In this document: piece after piece, positions 8,586 to 18,710 of the stretch
Layout: the number at the start of each line of letters is the position of its first letter
Position numbering within the stretch: the first letter of the stretch is position 1
Source of the DNA: a bacterium
Lineage (GTDB): Bacteria > Verrucomicrobiota > Lentisphaeria > Victivallales > GWF2-38-69
Direction of reading: 5' to 3'
Assembly: GCA_021781705.1 (NCBI GenBank)
Contig: JAJXWI010000008.1
Location: 179 to 64,178, forward strand
DNA: 64,000 nt
Made by a program: the position numbers and the translations under genes
The notes under the pieces: generated by a model
Databases searched by the model: none
Seen by the model: the letters and a program-made list of their open reading frames with translations, nothing else
Told to the model about the DNA's origin: nothing

Positions 8586-10304
8586 ATGAGAAGGATTGAG
8601 GACTGTGTTGGGAAAAAATCAGAAATATTGATTGCTACAGACCATGGCGGCTTGGAAATGAAAGGTTTTATCGTAAAAAAACTTTCTGAATCAGGATATA
8701 AAGTTATTGACCTGGGGCCGAAGGCATATGATGCGAATGATGACTATTGCGACTATGCTTCAATTCTTGCCGAAAAAATTTCAAAAGGAGAATCCGAACG
8801 AGGTATTTTGATATGCAGAAGTGGAATTGGAATGGCTATCAACGCCAACCGTTTTCACTATGTAAGAGCTTTTATTGCTTATGATGAAAATTTTGCAAAA
8901 GCCAGCAGAGAACATAACTGTTCAAATGTCCTTGTTCTTCCTGCTGACTATATAGACATGGAAAGTGCGGTAAGTATTACAAAAACCTGGTTGACTACTT
9001 CATTTACCGGTGAGTCCAGGCATTTAAGAAGACTGGAAAAGATAGAAAAGAAATCTTATGATGAAATAGCTGCGGTTCGTACTGTCGATCCTGAAATGGC
9101 TAAATACATTGATGAAGAGCTTGAGAGGCAGGAGGACGGGCTGGAATTGATTGCCTCTGAAAACTTTGCCAGTGCTGCGGTTAGGGCGGCGCAGGGAAGT
9201 ATCTTAACAAATAAATATGCAGAAGGGTATCCGGAAAAACGCTATTACAGCGGTTGTCAAGTTGTCGACAAAGTAGAAGCTATTGCAATAGAAAGGGCCT
9301 GTAAGATTTTTGGCGCGGAGGCCGCAAATGTTCAGCCGCATTCCGGAAGCCAGGCAAATATGGCCGCATACTTTGCGATAATCAAACCTGGAGATACTAT
9401 TCTAGCTATGGACTTGGCACATGGCGGGCACCTTACACATGGTCATCCGATGAACTTCAGCGGCATGTTGTACAATGTCGTTCATTATGGTGTTTCAAAG
9501 GAAACTGAAATGATCGATTATGATGTAATTGAAAAGCTCGCGCTTGAACATAAACCACAGGTAATTGTCGCCGGTGCCAGCGCCTACTCAAGAACAATTG
9601 ATTTTCCAAGGTTGAGAGTTATTGCGGATAAGGTTGGGGCTAAATTGATGGTTGATATGGCACATATAGCCGGTCTCGTGGCCGTCGGGCTGCATCCAAG
9701 CCCTGTTCCATATGCCGATATTGTAACAAGCACCACCCATAAATCTTTAAGAGGTCCTCGAGGCGGGCTGATTCTGTGTAAAGAACAATACATTAAAGAT
9801 ATAAATTCTAAGCTATTCCCTGGCATTCAGGGCGGTCCTTTACTTCATGTTATTGCTGCCAAAGGAGTATGCTTTCATGAAGCCATGACTCCGGAATTTA
9901 AGCAGTATCAGCAACAAGTAATTGTCAATGCAAAAAGACTCGCCTTAGAGCTTGAAAAATGCGGGTTCAGAATTGTTTCAGGCGGTACGGATAATCACCT
10001 GATGCTTGTTGATTTAAGACCTAAAAAAGCTACAGGAAAAGAAGTAGGTATAGCCTTGGAAAAAGCCGGAATAACCGTCAATAAGAACATGATCCCATTT
10101 GACCCCGAAAAACCATTTATTACAAGTGGCATAAGAATTGGGACTCCAGCAGTAACGGCTAGGGGCTTGAAAGAAGAGGATATGGTACTTGTGGCTAAAT
10201 GGATAGACAGAGCTGCCGCAAACCTTAACAATAATGCGGAACTCACGAAGATTTCTGCGGAAGTTAAAACGTTTATGGGTAAACATCCAATGCCAAGTTT
10301 CTGA
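8586..10304 (+). CDS. glyA: Fusion protein: ribose-5-phosphate isomerase B (RpiB/LacAB) + serine hydroxymethyltransferase
   Basis: The N-terminal ~150 aa has RpiB motifs ([37 protein letters not shown]). The remainder is canonical SHMT ([21 protein letters not shown]-lysine motif [14 protein letters not shown]). It is one uninterrupted 572-aa frame. Confidence 0.9.
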   Translation: MRRIEDCVGKKSEILIATDHGGLEMKGFIVKKLSESGYKVIDLGPKAYDANDDYCDYASILAEKISKGESERGILICRSGIGMAINANRFHYVRAFIAYDENFAKASREHNCSNVLVLPADYIDMESAVSITKTWLTTSFTGESRHLRRLEKIEKKSYDEIAAVRTVDPEMAKYIDEELERQEDGLELIASENFASAAVRAAQGSILTNKYAEGYPEKRYYSGCQVVDKVEAIAIERACKIFGAEAANVQPHSGSQANMAAYFAIIKPGDTILAMDLAHGGHLTHGHPMNFSGMLYNVVHYGVSKETEMIDYDVIEKLALEHKPQVIVAGASAYSRTIDFPRLRVIADKVGAKLMVDMAHIAGLVAVGLHPSPVPYADIVTSTTHKSLRGPRGGLILCKEQYIKDINSKLFPGIQGGPLLHVIAAKGVCFHEAMTPEFKQYQQQVIVNAKRLALELEKCGFRIVSGGTDNHLMLVDLRPKKATGKEVGIALEKAGITVNKNMIPFDPEKPFITSGIRIGTPAVTARGLKEEDMVLVAKWIDRAAANLNNNAELTKISAEVKTFMGKHPMPSF

Positions 10305-10332
10305 TTAGTTGGCGTCCAACATCAAATATTTA

Positions 10333-11025
10333 TCAATCTTTAATAAGTCCGTTACTGTACATCCTTTTAGCAAGATAGACTACTGGGGTGTTAATTATCG
10401 AGACAATGATGGAAGTAATGTAAGAAGTGATAGATAATTCCAATAAATAATTGAATGTAAGCAGGCCATAAAAAGCTACAATAGTAAAAATAGCATTGTC
10501 AAAAATTGCAGCTATTGTTGTACTCAAGTTATTTCTGCCCCATATGTATTTGTTCTTTGTTGCTTTCTTTAGTAACAAGTATATAAACGCAGCGATGGCA
10601 TGTGAAATATAATAAGCAGTGAAACTGGCAATTATTATTCTTGGAAGAAGATTAAAAATTCTGCTTAAAGCGGTATAGTTGCTTATCGATGAAGCTTCCT
10701 GAATAACAGAAAAATTAACCGCTAAAATCATATTAACAGTAAAAAAGATCAGAGCGATAGTGCTTATTATGATAGCTTTTTTAGCTGCTTCTTTCCCATG
10801 GTTTTCGCAGATTATGTCTATAACAAGGTAGGTGGCTCCGTACGTGACATTCCCTAGCGTGGTAGTTATCCCTAAAATATTTACTTGTAACAGAGTCTGC
10901 AAATTCGATAAAATTGTTAGTAGCGACAGTAAAACAACAAGTCCAATTTTACCAAAAAATCTATACGTCACTGCCACAGAAACAGGTATAGTCATCAGAG
11001 TTATTAACCAAAGAGTTGTATTCAT
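10333..11025 (-). CDS. YhhQ/VUT-family membrane transporter (queuosine-precursor transporter family)
   Basis: 230 aa, about 6 TM segments. The motif context ...ATYLVIDIICENHGKEAAKK... resembles the YhhQ (DUF165) family. Assignment is from memory of the family pattern. Confidence 0.6.
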   Translation of the reverse strand: MNTTLWLITLMTIPVSVAVTYRFFGKIGLVVLLSLLTILSNLQTLLQVNILGITTTLGNVTYGATYLVIDIICENHGKEAAKKAIIISTIALIFFTVNMILAVNFSVIQEASSISNYTALSRIFNLLPRIIIASFTAYYISHAIAAFIYLLLKKATKNKYIWGRNNLSTTIAAIFDNAIFTIVAFYGLLTFNYLLELSITSYITSIIVSIINTPVVYLAKRMYSNGLIKD

Positions 11026-11738
11026 AATAAGATATTGTTGTCCAGAAAAATTTCTATTCTGTCATTTCCCTGCAGGTTTTGAATCGCGTATTCTTTAAAC
11101 CACCGAATGAGTGAGTAATCAATACCAATTTTTGTTGTGTTCTTGCAGAACACATTTATCGTGATTTTTTTAAAATGGGCAAGTCCCTCATCTATGTCAT
11201 TAATAATATCTTTTTTACTTTGCCCCTCTATCCCAACAATAAGACATGTGGAATAATAGACTTCTTCTATATCATGAATTAGAGAGTTATAAATCTTTTT
11301 ACCAAGTACATTTACACGAAATTCTTCGTTAAATGTTTCCAATCCAACTCGAAACCGCAGAGTTATTCCATTTTTCAGAAACAATGATTTTAGGGTGGGG
11401 ATTTTTTTCATGTACCCTGGAAATGATTCAAAATAAATTGTACTTATATTTTTTTTGATAGCAAGATTCATTATTTCATTGATAGTGCTCGATGGGAGTT
11501 CAAATACTGAACCGGAATTTATAACCTCCAATAGTCCAAACTTACCAGAAACATTAGATAAAACTTCTTTGTTAAACGATATGATTTCATCCGGCTTTAG
11601 CCCAACGTTGTCAAGATAATAATCGCAAAATTTACAGTGACGCCGATGACAGCAGGGATTGGCTTTTAAAAGAACCATTTCCCTCTTTTCTGCATTTAAA
11701 ATATTGTCTTGGTCATCTATAGTTATATATCTCTTCAT
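11022..11738 (-). CDS. Radical-SAM-like protein with atypical CX4CX2C cluster motif
   Basis: 238 aa. Cys cluster NPCCHRRHCKFCDYY near the N-terminus, followed by TIM-barrel-like alternating pattern (GLLEVINSGSVFE, RFRVGLETFNEEFR). Its stop overlaps the start of the YhhQ-like gene by 4 nt. Confidence 0.5.
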   Translation of the reverse strand: MKRYITIDDQDNILNAEKREMVLLKANPCCHRRHCKFCDYYLDNVGLKPDEIISFNKEVLSNVSGKFGLLEVINSGSVFELPSSTINEIMNLAIKKNISTIYFESFPGYMKKIPTLKSLFLKNGITLRFRVGLETFNEEFRVNVLGKKIYNSLIHDIEEVYYSTCLIVGIEGQSKKDIINDIDEGLAHFKKITINVFCKNTTKIGIDYSLIRWFKEYAIQNLQGNDRIEIFLDNNILL

Positions 11739-11931
11739 GTGATAGAATAGACATCTAAATTGCTTACTTTTTTAGTATTATCTAACTAAAAGTTTATAGT
11801 TTTCTGATTTTAGGGTTGTTTATTATAGACAACTTGAAGACCTCAAATATATCGCAGTCGATCAAACTTTGAGAAACTGTACGATCCGGAAAAATGCTAA
11901 CAAATATTGGAGTTAAACTAAGGTATAACCT

Positions 11932-13113
11932 ATGCTGCCTGATTATGATGTAATAATTATTGGCGGGGGGCCGGGCGGGGCCTCCGCAGGAATTGTATTG
12001 TCCGAAAGCGGATTAAAAACCCTGATTGCCGACGAGTGCAATTTTCCCAGAGAGAAGGTTTGCGGAGACGGACTTACCGGAGATTCCATTCGCAATCTAA
12101 AATATCTTGGGGCGTGGAGAGATGTTTTAAATGCAGGGCACAGAATGGGAAAAATTGAATTTTTCCCCTTTCCCGAACAATCTTTTACGATCAACGCTGA
12201 AATAGTTACATTTGAAAGAAAAGTTCTGGACGATATCCTTCTTAAAAAAGCACTGAAAAATAATGTTAATTTTGAACAGTTGCTGTTTACTGGAAAGCAT
12301 GAAATCAGAAACGCTCTTATTTTTTTGGAATTCACAAAAAAAGACACAAATGAGAAAAGAATTATCTCCTGCACTTATGCTGTTATCGCGACGGGTTGTC
12401 AGAAATTAAACGTGCTGAAAACCATTTCTAACGGAAAAATAAATAAACCTGATCTTGCAGCGGTACGAGGATATTACAAGGGAGATTTCCCAATAACCCA
12501 TCCTATGGTCTATTTTGATGAAAGATTGAAAAATGGGTATGCGTGGATATTTCCGATGGGTAGAGGTTTTTTTAATATAGGGTGCGGGGTTAAAACAAAA
12601 ATTGCATCTTCCATAAATCTGCAGCTTCTGCTTAAAGAATTTGTTGATGAAATTAATGAAAAATATGGAGTAGCTCAAGGTGTCTGGAAAGAAAAACCTA
12701 AAGGTGCAGTGCTGTCTAGCGGCATGAAAAATTATAGACATTTGAAGCTGAAAAATACATTTTTTGTAGGAGAAACTATAGGGTCAACTTATTCTTATAC
12801 CGGAGAAGGCATCGGAAAAGCCCTCGAAACTGGGATAAATGCCGCTCATACGATTCTTAATTTTTATAAAAAAAAGAAGGATATAGGAAAAGTTTATAGA
12901 AAAATATTAAGAAAAGAATTATTTCCCCGCTATCGTCCATATTTCTGGGCAGATAAACTATTTACATCCCCTCTGAAAAACTACTTTTACCGTAAAATCT
13001 GCGTAAGTAAAAGGCTTCAGAATGTTATTGCCGGCATACTTACAGAGCGGATTAGATTTGAAGAAGTGTTATCTGTCAAGAAACTCTACACTAAGCTATT
13101 CTGGAAACGCTGA
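11932..13113 (+). CDS. FAD-dependent oxidoreductase, geranylgeranyl-reductase family
   Basis: N-terminal dinucleotide-binding motif YDVIIIGGGPGGASAG and a CGDGL motif. 393 aa, typical for the family. Confidence 0.75.
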   Translation: MLPDYDVIIIGGGPGGASAGIVLSESGLKTLIADECNFPREKVCGDGLTGDSIRNLKYLGAWRDVLNAGHRMGKIEFFPFPEQSFTINAEIVTFERKVLDDILLKKALKNNVNFEQLLFTGKHEIRNALIFLEFTKKDTNEKRIISCTYAVIATGCQKLNVLKTISNGKINKPDLAAVRGYYKGDFPITHPMVYFDERLKNGYAWIFPMGRGFFNIGCGVKTKIASSINLQLLLKEFVDEINEKYGVAQGVWKEKPKGAVLSSGMKNYRHLKLKNTFFVGETIGSTYSYTGEGIGKALETGINAAHTILNFYKKKKDIGKVYRKILRKELFPRYRPYFWADKLFTSPLKNYFYRKICVSKRLQNVIAGILTERIRFEEVLSVKKLYTKLFWKR

Positions 13114-13155
13114 AGATTTTTCTAACTGCGAAATACTTTAAAAATCGGAATAATA

Positions 13156-14406
13156 ATGAAAAACAGAGGATTTTATACAACTATATTGACTTCAGTCGGC
13201 GCAGGGCTTGAGTATTATGATTTTACAATATACGCCATGCTTGCTCCTTTTATCGGACTGAATTTCTTTCCGTCAACAAATTCATTTGCTACGCTGATAA
13301 ACACATTTTGCGTTTTTGCTGTTGGTTATCTTGTAAGGCCGCTAGGCGGCGTGATTTTTGGTCATTACGGAGATAAGCACGGAAGAAAAAAAATGCTCAT
13401 TTTTGTAATGGCCTTGATGGCGGGCTCCACCCTATTAATGGGGGTTCTTCCTAATGTTAATGCTACAGGGTATTATATTGGGCTTGTTTTTGTGATATGC
13501 CGCCTAGCTCAGGGAATCTCTTTTGGTGCGGAAATGCCATGTTCTTTGACTTTTATTTCAGAACATGCCGGAAAATCCTACAGAGGAATGAATTGCGGGA
13601 TAATGGCATCTTTTGTCACTATAGGAGTACTTCTGGGATGCTTTGTTGTTTATCTCCTTTCTGTGAACCTGACTAAAAATCAGATGTTTGCGTGGGGGTG
13701 GAGAATTCCTTTTATTTTAGGAGGTTTTCTGGCTGTAGTTGCGTATTTTGTACGGGAAAAAACATCAGAAACAAGATATTTCAAGAACAAAGATAATTGC
13801 TGCGAGTATCCTGTAAGGACATTGTTTGTAAGAAATTTTAGCGGGGTAGTTAAAGGCATAGGAATCGTATTGTTCCCAAGTTGTTTTATTCTGTTTTTTC
13901 TTGCCATACCTGCCTATCTTATAGATATATTTGGGTTTGCCGCACCGGATATATATTTTTCAACGATGGTTTCTTATGGCCTTACAATTATTGCTTTACC
14001 CTTCTTTGGGTGGTTGTCGGATATTTTCGGGCGGAAAAAAATCCTGATAACCGTATTGCTTGTTTTTATCTTATTCGGAGGTCTTTTATTTGAACTGTTG
14101 CATGTCGGCAATAACTCTTCCCTATTGTTGTTTATGTTGGGATATCAGCTTATTATATCTGCAATGGCGGGGTGCTATTATCCTCTGCTTTCGGAACTTT
14201 TCCCAACGAATGTACGCTACAGTGGCGTCGCGGTAGCATATAACTTTACGTACGCAGCAGCCTCTTTCACACCGATAGCAGTAAGTTTTATTTTTAAGAC
14301 ATTTAATAATATTTACAGCATTTCGGCTTTTTTTATCGTCATTGCTGTTATATCGTTAATTTCATGTTTCTTTATAACAGAATGTGCAGGAAAGGTTTTG
14401 GACTGA
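13156..14406 (+). CDS. MFS transporter (metabolite:H+ symporter-like)
   Basis: 416 aa, about 12 TM segments. MFS motif A-like GHYGDKHGRKKML between TM2 and TM3. Confidence 0.8.
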   Translation: MKNRGFYTTILTSVGAGLEYYDFTIYAMLAPFIGLNFFPSTNSFATLINTFCVFAVGYLVRPLGGVIFGHYGDKHGRKKMLIFVMALMAGSTLLMGVLPNVNATGYYIGLVFVICRLAQGISFGAEMPCSLTFISEHAGKSYRGMNCGIMASFVTIGVLLGCFVVYLLSVNLTKNQMFAWGWRIPFILGGFLAVVAYFVREKTSETRYFKNKDNCCEYPVRTLFVRNFSGVVKGIGIVLFPSCFILFFLAIPAYLIDIFGFAAPDIYFSTMVSYGLTIIALPFFGWLSDIFGRKKILITVLLVFILFGGLLFELLHVGNNSSLLLFMLGYQLIISAMAGCYYPLLSELFPTNVRYSGVAVAYNFTYAAASFTPIAVSFIFKTFNNIYSISAFFIVIAVISLISCFFITECAGKVLD

Positions 14407-14415
14407 AAAAACATA

Positions 14416-15876
14416 ATGAACGATGCCATGTTAAAATGTATCGGATGTAACATCGTATACACCATTGAAACAAAAAAACCTGTTTACGCCTGTGAAAATC
14501 GTGGGAATGGGGTTTTCACCCATATTTTAGAAAAAATACTTCCGGACGAATTTTCTTTTGATATAAGAACACTTTTGGATCTTTCCCCAAATTCCACCAA
14601 TCCCTATTTATTGTTCAGAAAATTTTTCTACAGTTATTATATTGCGAAAAAGCTAAAAATTGATTTCAAATCACTTGTAACGGAAATAAACGATAGATTG
14701 AAAGCCGGCGGAGAACCTGGCTTCGAAATGACCCCTTTTCTGGTAAAAGATAATATTTCCGGTATCCCCGGAAGAACTTTGATAAAAAACGAAACATGTA
14801 ATGTTTCAGGCTCCCACAAAGCAAGACATTTAATGGGGAATGTTATTTATCTTGAAGTTTTAAATAAGGCAGCCATTATTCAAAAAAGGCCAAAACTTGC
14901 GATATACAGCTGTGGGAATGCCGCATTAGGCGCAGCAGCCGTAGCAAAGGCAGCAGGATATAAACTGGATGTATTTGTTCCTCTAAATGTAAATCCAAGA
15001 GTGATTCAAAAACTCAATTATTACGGAGCAAGCGTAGTCGCGTGCCCAAGAATCTCAGGAGAATCAGGAGACCCTTGTTATAACAGATTTCAAGAAGCTC
15101 TAGCTTCAGGCTCAGTTCCTTTCTCTTGTTCCGGTCCCGATAATTGGTCAAATATAGAGGGAGGGCAAACCCTTTGTCTGGAACTTATAGCCCAGGCAAG
15201 CCTGATAAAACAAAAAATAGACGCAATAGTAATTCAGGTCGGCGGCGGAGCATTGGCTAGCTCAGCCGTAAAAACTATTGAGGAAGTGTATTGGGCAGGC
15301 TCAATAGATACGATGCCGGTAATACACACAGTTCAAACAGAAGGCGGATATCCGTTGGTAAGAACGTATCTTATTATGCTAAAAGAAATCGCAATAAAAA
15401 ATAATATGGAATGCTCCCTAACCATAGATGATTCTGATGAACCAATTTTAAGAAATCAGGCATTTCTGAAATACTTAAATAACAATTTACAGGAAATTTT
15501 GAAAATAGCTGAATTCTGCAAGGCTAATTATACCACAGATAAGGTACAGAATATTTTCAGGGACTGCGCACAGAACATGAAGAAATATATGTGGGCCTGG
15601 GAGGGAGAGCCTCATAGCATAGCTCATGGAATACTTGACGATACCACATATGACTGGTTTAAGATTATGCAAGGGATGTTTCGTTCCGGAGGCATTCCAA
15701 TAACAGTTACGGAGCAGGAATTAAAAGACGCCAACACTCTGGCTAAAAAAATCACAAAAATAAATGTAGACCATACTGGCTCATCAGGATTCTCCGGCTA
15801 CATAAAGCTCAAAAATCTGGGTATTATTTCAAAAACAGCGTCTACTGCTGTTTTTTTTACTGGAATTGAAAGATAG
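14416..15876 (+). CDS. PLP-dependent enzyme, tryptophan-synthase-beta fold (threonine-synthase-like), with N-terminal Cys-rich segment
   Basis: 486 aa. Candidate PLP-lysine context NVSGSHKARH and glycine loop QVGGGALASS. The N-terminus has CIGC...C. Confidence 0.6.
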   Translation: MNDAMLKCIGCNIVYTIETKKPVYACENRGNGVFTHILEKILPDEFSFDIRTLLDLSPNSTNPYLLFRKFFYSYYIAKKLKIDFKSLVTEINDRLKAGGEPGFEMTPFLVKDNISGIPGRTLIKNETCNVSGSHKARHLMGNVIYLEVLNKAAIIQKRPKLAIYSCGNAALGAAAVAKAAGYKLDVFVPLNVNPRVIQKLNYYGASVVACPRISGESGDPCYNRFQEALASGSVPFSCSGPDNWSNIEGGQTLCLELIAQASLIKQKIDAIVIQVGGGALASSAVKTIEEVYWAGSIDTMPVIHTVQTEGGYPLVRTYLIMLKEIAIKNNMECSLTIDDSDEPILRNQAFLKYLNNNLQEILKIAEFCKANYTTDKVQNIFRDCAQNMKKYMWAWEGEPHSIAHGILDDTTYDWFKIMQGMFRSGGIPITVTEQELKDANTLAKKITKINVDHTGSSGFSGYIKLKNLGIISKTASTAVFFTGIER

Positions 15877-15948
15877 TTTTAACTTAAAAAATGGGAGACC
15901 TTAACAAATTTCATTCCCCGTGACATCGAACGCAAGTCTGACGTCATG

Positions 15949-17943
15949 CTAGGCGTCGTATTCCTGTTTTGATCCATTGTAATTTGATGTGTCAAAAGTA
16001 TTTTCTGGAATATATTCTATCATAAGTTGGCGTAAAGCTTTTCCGTCATTTTCTAAAACAAGTTTCTCCAATAATGAAATATCAATCTTAGGCTGCTTTG
16101 GTGCGGTTTTTGACTTTTTCATTACCCAGATTTTTTCATAAGGAGTCTTTGCGATATTTTCATCTTCTGTCATTACCTCTTCGTACTCTTTTTCTCCAGG
16201 ACGCAGACCTGTATATTCTATCTTAATATCTTGATCTGGGATAAGTCCTGAGAGTTCTATAAGCTTACGAGCCATATCGGCTATCACGACTGGCTCACCC
16301 ATTTCTAGGACCATAGTTTCTCCACGTTGTCCAATTGCACCAGCCTGTAAAACAAGATCTACAGCCTCAGGTATTGTCATAAAAAACCTTCTAATATTTG
16401 GGCTGGTCACTGTTACCGGACCTCCATTTTTTATTTGCTCTTTAAATAGAGGAATGACACTTCCGCTACTGCCAAGGACATTACCAAAACGAACCGCTAC
16501 AAAAATCGTTTTACTGTTTTTCCCATTACAAATTATTTGTTCAGCAATTCGTTTGCTTGCCCCCATGACACTGCTGGGACGCACGGCCTTATCAGTCGAT
16601 ATCATAACAAACCGTTTCACATTGCATTGTTGCGCTACTTTGGATAAACGGTAAGTTCCTATTATATTATTTCTGACGCATGCGGGAATATTTTCTTCCA
16701 TAAGCGGCACATGCTTATAGGCGGCCGCATGATACAGTAGATCCACCCCATCTACAAAATTTATAGCTGCTTCTACCTCCTCTTCATGGCGGATATCTCC
16801 GGCAAAAGGAATTACACAAAGATCAGGATAAGATATTTTCAATTCCTGCTCTATTTTATATAGGGAGAACTCGTTTGTTTCAAAAAGAATAATTGAGGAA
16901 GGATGATATTTTGCAGTTTGCCTGCACAGTTCTGATCCTATACTGCCGCCAGCTCCTGTTATCATGACCTTTTTGCCAATAAGTGAATTTAAAACTACAT
17001 CTCGGTCAAATTTTTTTTCTCCCCTTCCAAGAAGATCTTCCAGTTCAACATCCTTTATGCACGAAATTGAGAACCCTCCGGATACCAAGTCCGACAATGA
17101 AGGAATTGTGTGGAATTGGCAAGCCACTTTTTGACGAGAACAACTCTCGACAATGACATTCATTTGTGCCGGTTTATTAAAAGGAGGAAGAATCAGCACA
17201 TAATTGGCATCTCTTTTTTTAATAATACTTCCTACCTTATCTACGTCTGCATAATATACTGGTGATCCGTGAAGCCTCATATTGTGTTCGAGATAATTAT
17301 CAGTAATAATGCCAACAAAACGTCCTATATTTTTTATTCTGTTGCTGCGAATAATTAGATCGCAATCATGTAGAACACCAATAATAATTACTCTATTTCC
17401 ATGACTTTCGGAATTATAATTATTCTTATTGAGGCATCTTTCACGCAAGATCCGGATAAGATACCTTCCCCCTCCGGCCCACAAGGACAAGAAAACAATT
17501 TCCATAAGCAAAATAGAGCGTGAAAGTTGGGAAAAATCTTCCCTGAATATTAAAAATACTAAAAACAGGAATAAAACAACAGTTCCCAATGAAGCTAATA
17601 ATATTTCAGGGACATCATCTATGCTGAAATACGCCCAAATTCCGGAATGCAATTTAAAAATAGCAAAGACAAATACACAACAGGTGCACAATATCGGCAG
17701 GGTTCGAAAAAATATTTCTAGTTGAGGAGAAGGAATAGAAGCATCAAATTTAAGAAGAAATGCTAAAACATATGTAACTGCACATCCCAATACGTGCCAA
17801 AGGATAATTAAAAGGCGTCGCATTAGTGAATGTTTGATGATATTTTTTTTAAAACCATTGAGATTTCTGCTCAAAAAATATAAAAAGCTTTCTTTTAAAA
17901 AAAATGGCTTAGTCATAAATGCAATCCATAAAACAATATTCAA
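15949..17943 (-). CDS. Polysaccharide biosynthesis protein CapD/PglF/WbpM-type (membrane-anchored NDP-sugar 4,6-dehydratase)
   Basis: 664 aa. N-terminal TM segments, Rossmann motif VMITGAGGSIGSEL, SDR catalytic region STDKAV...ASKR and AAYKHVP. Confidence 0.85.
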   Translation of the reverse strand: MNIVLWIAFMTKPFFLKESFLYFLSRNLNGFKKNIIKHSLMRRLLIILWHVLGCAVTYVLAFLLKFDASIPSPQLEIFFRTLPILCTCCVFVFAIFKLHSGIWAYFSIDDVPEILLASLGTVVLFLFLVFLIFREDFSQLSRSILLMEIVFLSLWAGGGRYLIRILRERCLNKNNYNSESHGNRVIIIGVLHDCDLIIRSNRIKNIGRFVGIITDNYLEHNMRLHGSPVYYADVDKVGSIIKKRDANYVLILPPFNKPAQMNVIVESCSRQKVACQFHTIPSLSDLVSGGFSISCIKDVELEDLLGRGEKKFDRDVVLNSLIGKKVMITGAGGSIGSELCRQTAKYHPSSIILFETNEFSLYKIEQELKISYPDLCVIPFAGDIRHEEEVEAAINFVDGVDLLYHAAAYKHVPLMEENIPACVRNNIIGTYRLSKVAQQCNVKRFVMISTDKAVRPSSVMGASKRIAEQIICNGKNSKTIFVAVRFGNVLGSSGSVIPLFKEQIKNGGPVTVTSPNIRRFFMTIPEAVDLVLQAGAIGQRGETMVLEMGEPVVIADMARKLIELSGLIPDQDIKIEYTGLRPGEKEYEEVMTEDENIAKTPYEKIWVMKKSKTAPKQPKIDISLLEKLVLENDGKALRQLMIEYIPENTFDTSNYNGSKQEYDA

Positions 17944-18710
17944 TATATAAGTTTACTGTCATAATCTACATCGTATTCGTATAAAGAAAAGCAGATATGC
18001 TTTTCTTTAAATTCTTTTATTAGTTTTAAAGGGAATCTTGTTTTTCTTTCTTTAAAAAAGTTTTTAAAATCATTGTCAGATTTTTCTACAAGCACAAAAG
18101 TCTTAATTCCCTTTCTTTCTATAGTACTCAACGCGTAATCCAAGCTTTTAAGATCTTTGTCTAAAATAGATTCAAAAGTAAAACATTCTACTCCTGCATG
18201 GTACGCAATCCTCGCACAATCTTTTGTTTCGTCAAAAATAAGAAGCGTTTTCTTTTCTGAATTTCTTATTATTTGTATAATTTCTTTTAGATAACTTTTA
18301 TAATCAGGCGAGCTTAGCGCTTTGCCGATACATGATACACCAATTATTAAAATCAGAAAGATTTTTATGCGAGTGATAGTAAGTACCGGGATTTTTTTTG
18401 AAATATATTTTTGTAGAAATTCTCCCATTTCCGAAAAACCAATTACTGAAAATATAATAAAGAAAAGGGTAAGAGTATAGAGGTAACGAGCATTATATTT
18501 TGCATCCATATGCATGTAAAATAAAACACGAAAAAGCAATGTTATCAGAAAAAATATTAGAATAAACCTGAATATACTATTTAAAGGGATTTGCCTATAA
18601 TTCAGGACTGCAAATAGAACCAAAATAAAAATAACAGGGAATGCAGAATCTAGAAAGACAAGATTTAGGAAATTTAAGAACATATTTCTATTTTGTAAAG
18701 ATTGAATCAA
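17940..18710 (-). CDS. Membrane protein, possible C-terminal part of a GT-C glycosyltransferase
   Basis: 256-aa ORF: about 5 TM segments followed by a ~120-aa soluble tail. The first ATG (18683) lies 4 nt after the stop of the upstream GT-C-like ORF. Confidence 0.5.
   Translation of the reverse strand: MIQSLQNRNMFLNFLNLVFLDSAFPVIFILVLFAVLNYRQIPLNSIFRFILIFFLITLLFRVLFYMHMDAKYNARYLYTLTLFFIIFSVIGFSEMGEFLQKYISKKIPVLTITRIKIFLILIIGVSCIGKALSSPDYKSYLKEIIQIIRNSEKKTLLIFDETKDCARIAYHAGVECFTFESILDKDLKSLDYALSTIERKGIKTFVLVEKSDNDFKNFFKERKTRFPLKLIKEFKEKHICFSLYEYDVDYDSKLIY

Noticed and set aside
10307-10321. Small hairpin GTTGG-CGT-CCAAC between the convergent glyA fusion and the yhhQ-like gene, considered as a bidirectional terminator
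   Set aside because: The stem is only 5 bp with a 3-nt loop and has no adjoining T-run, which is too weak to call.
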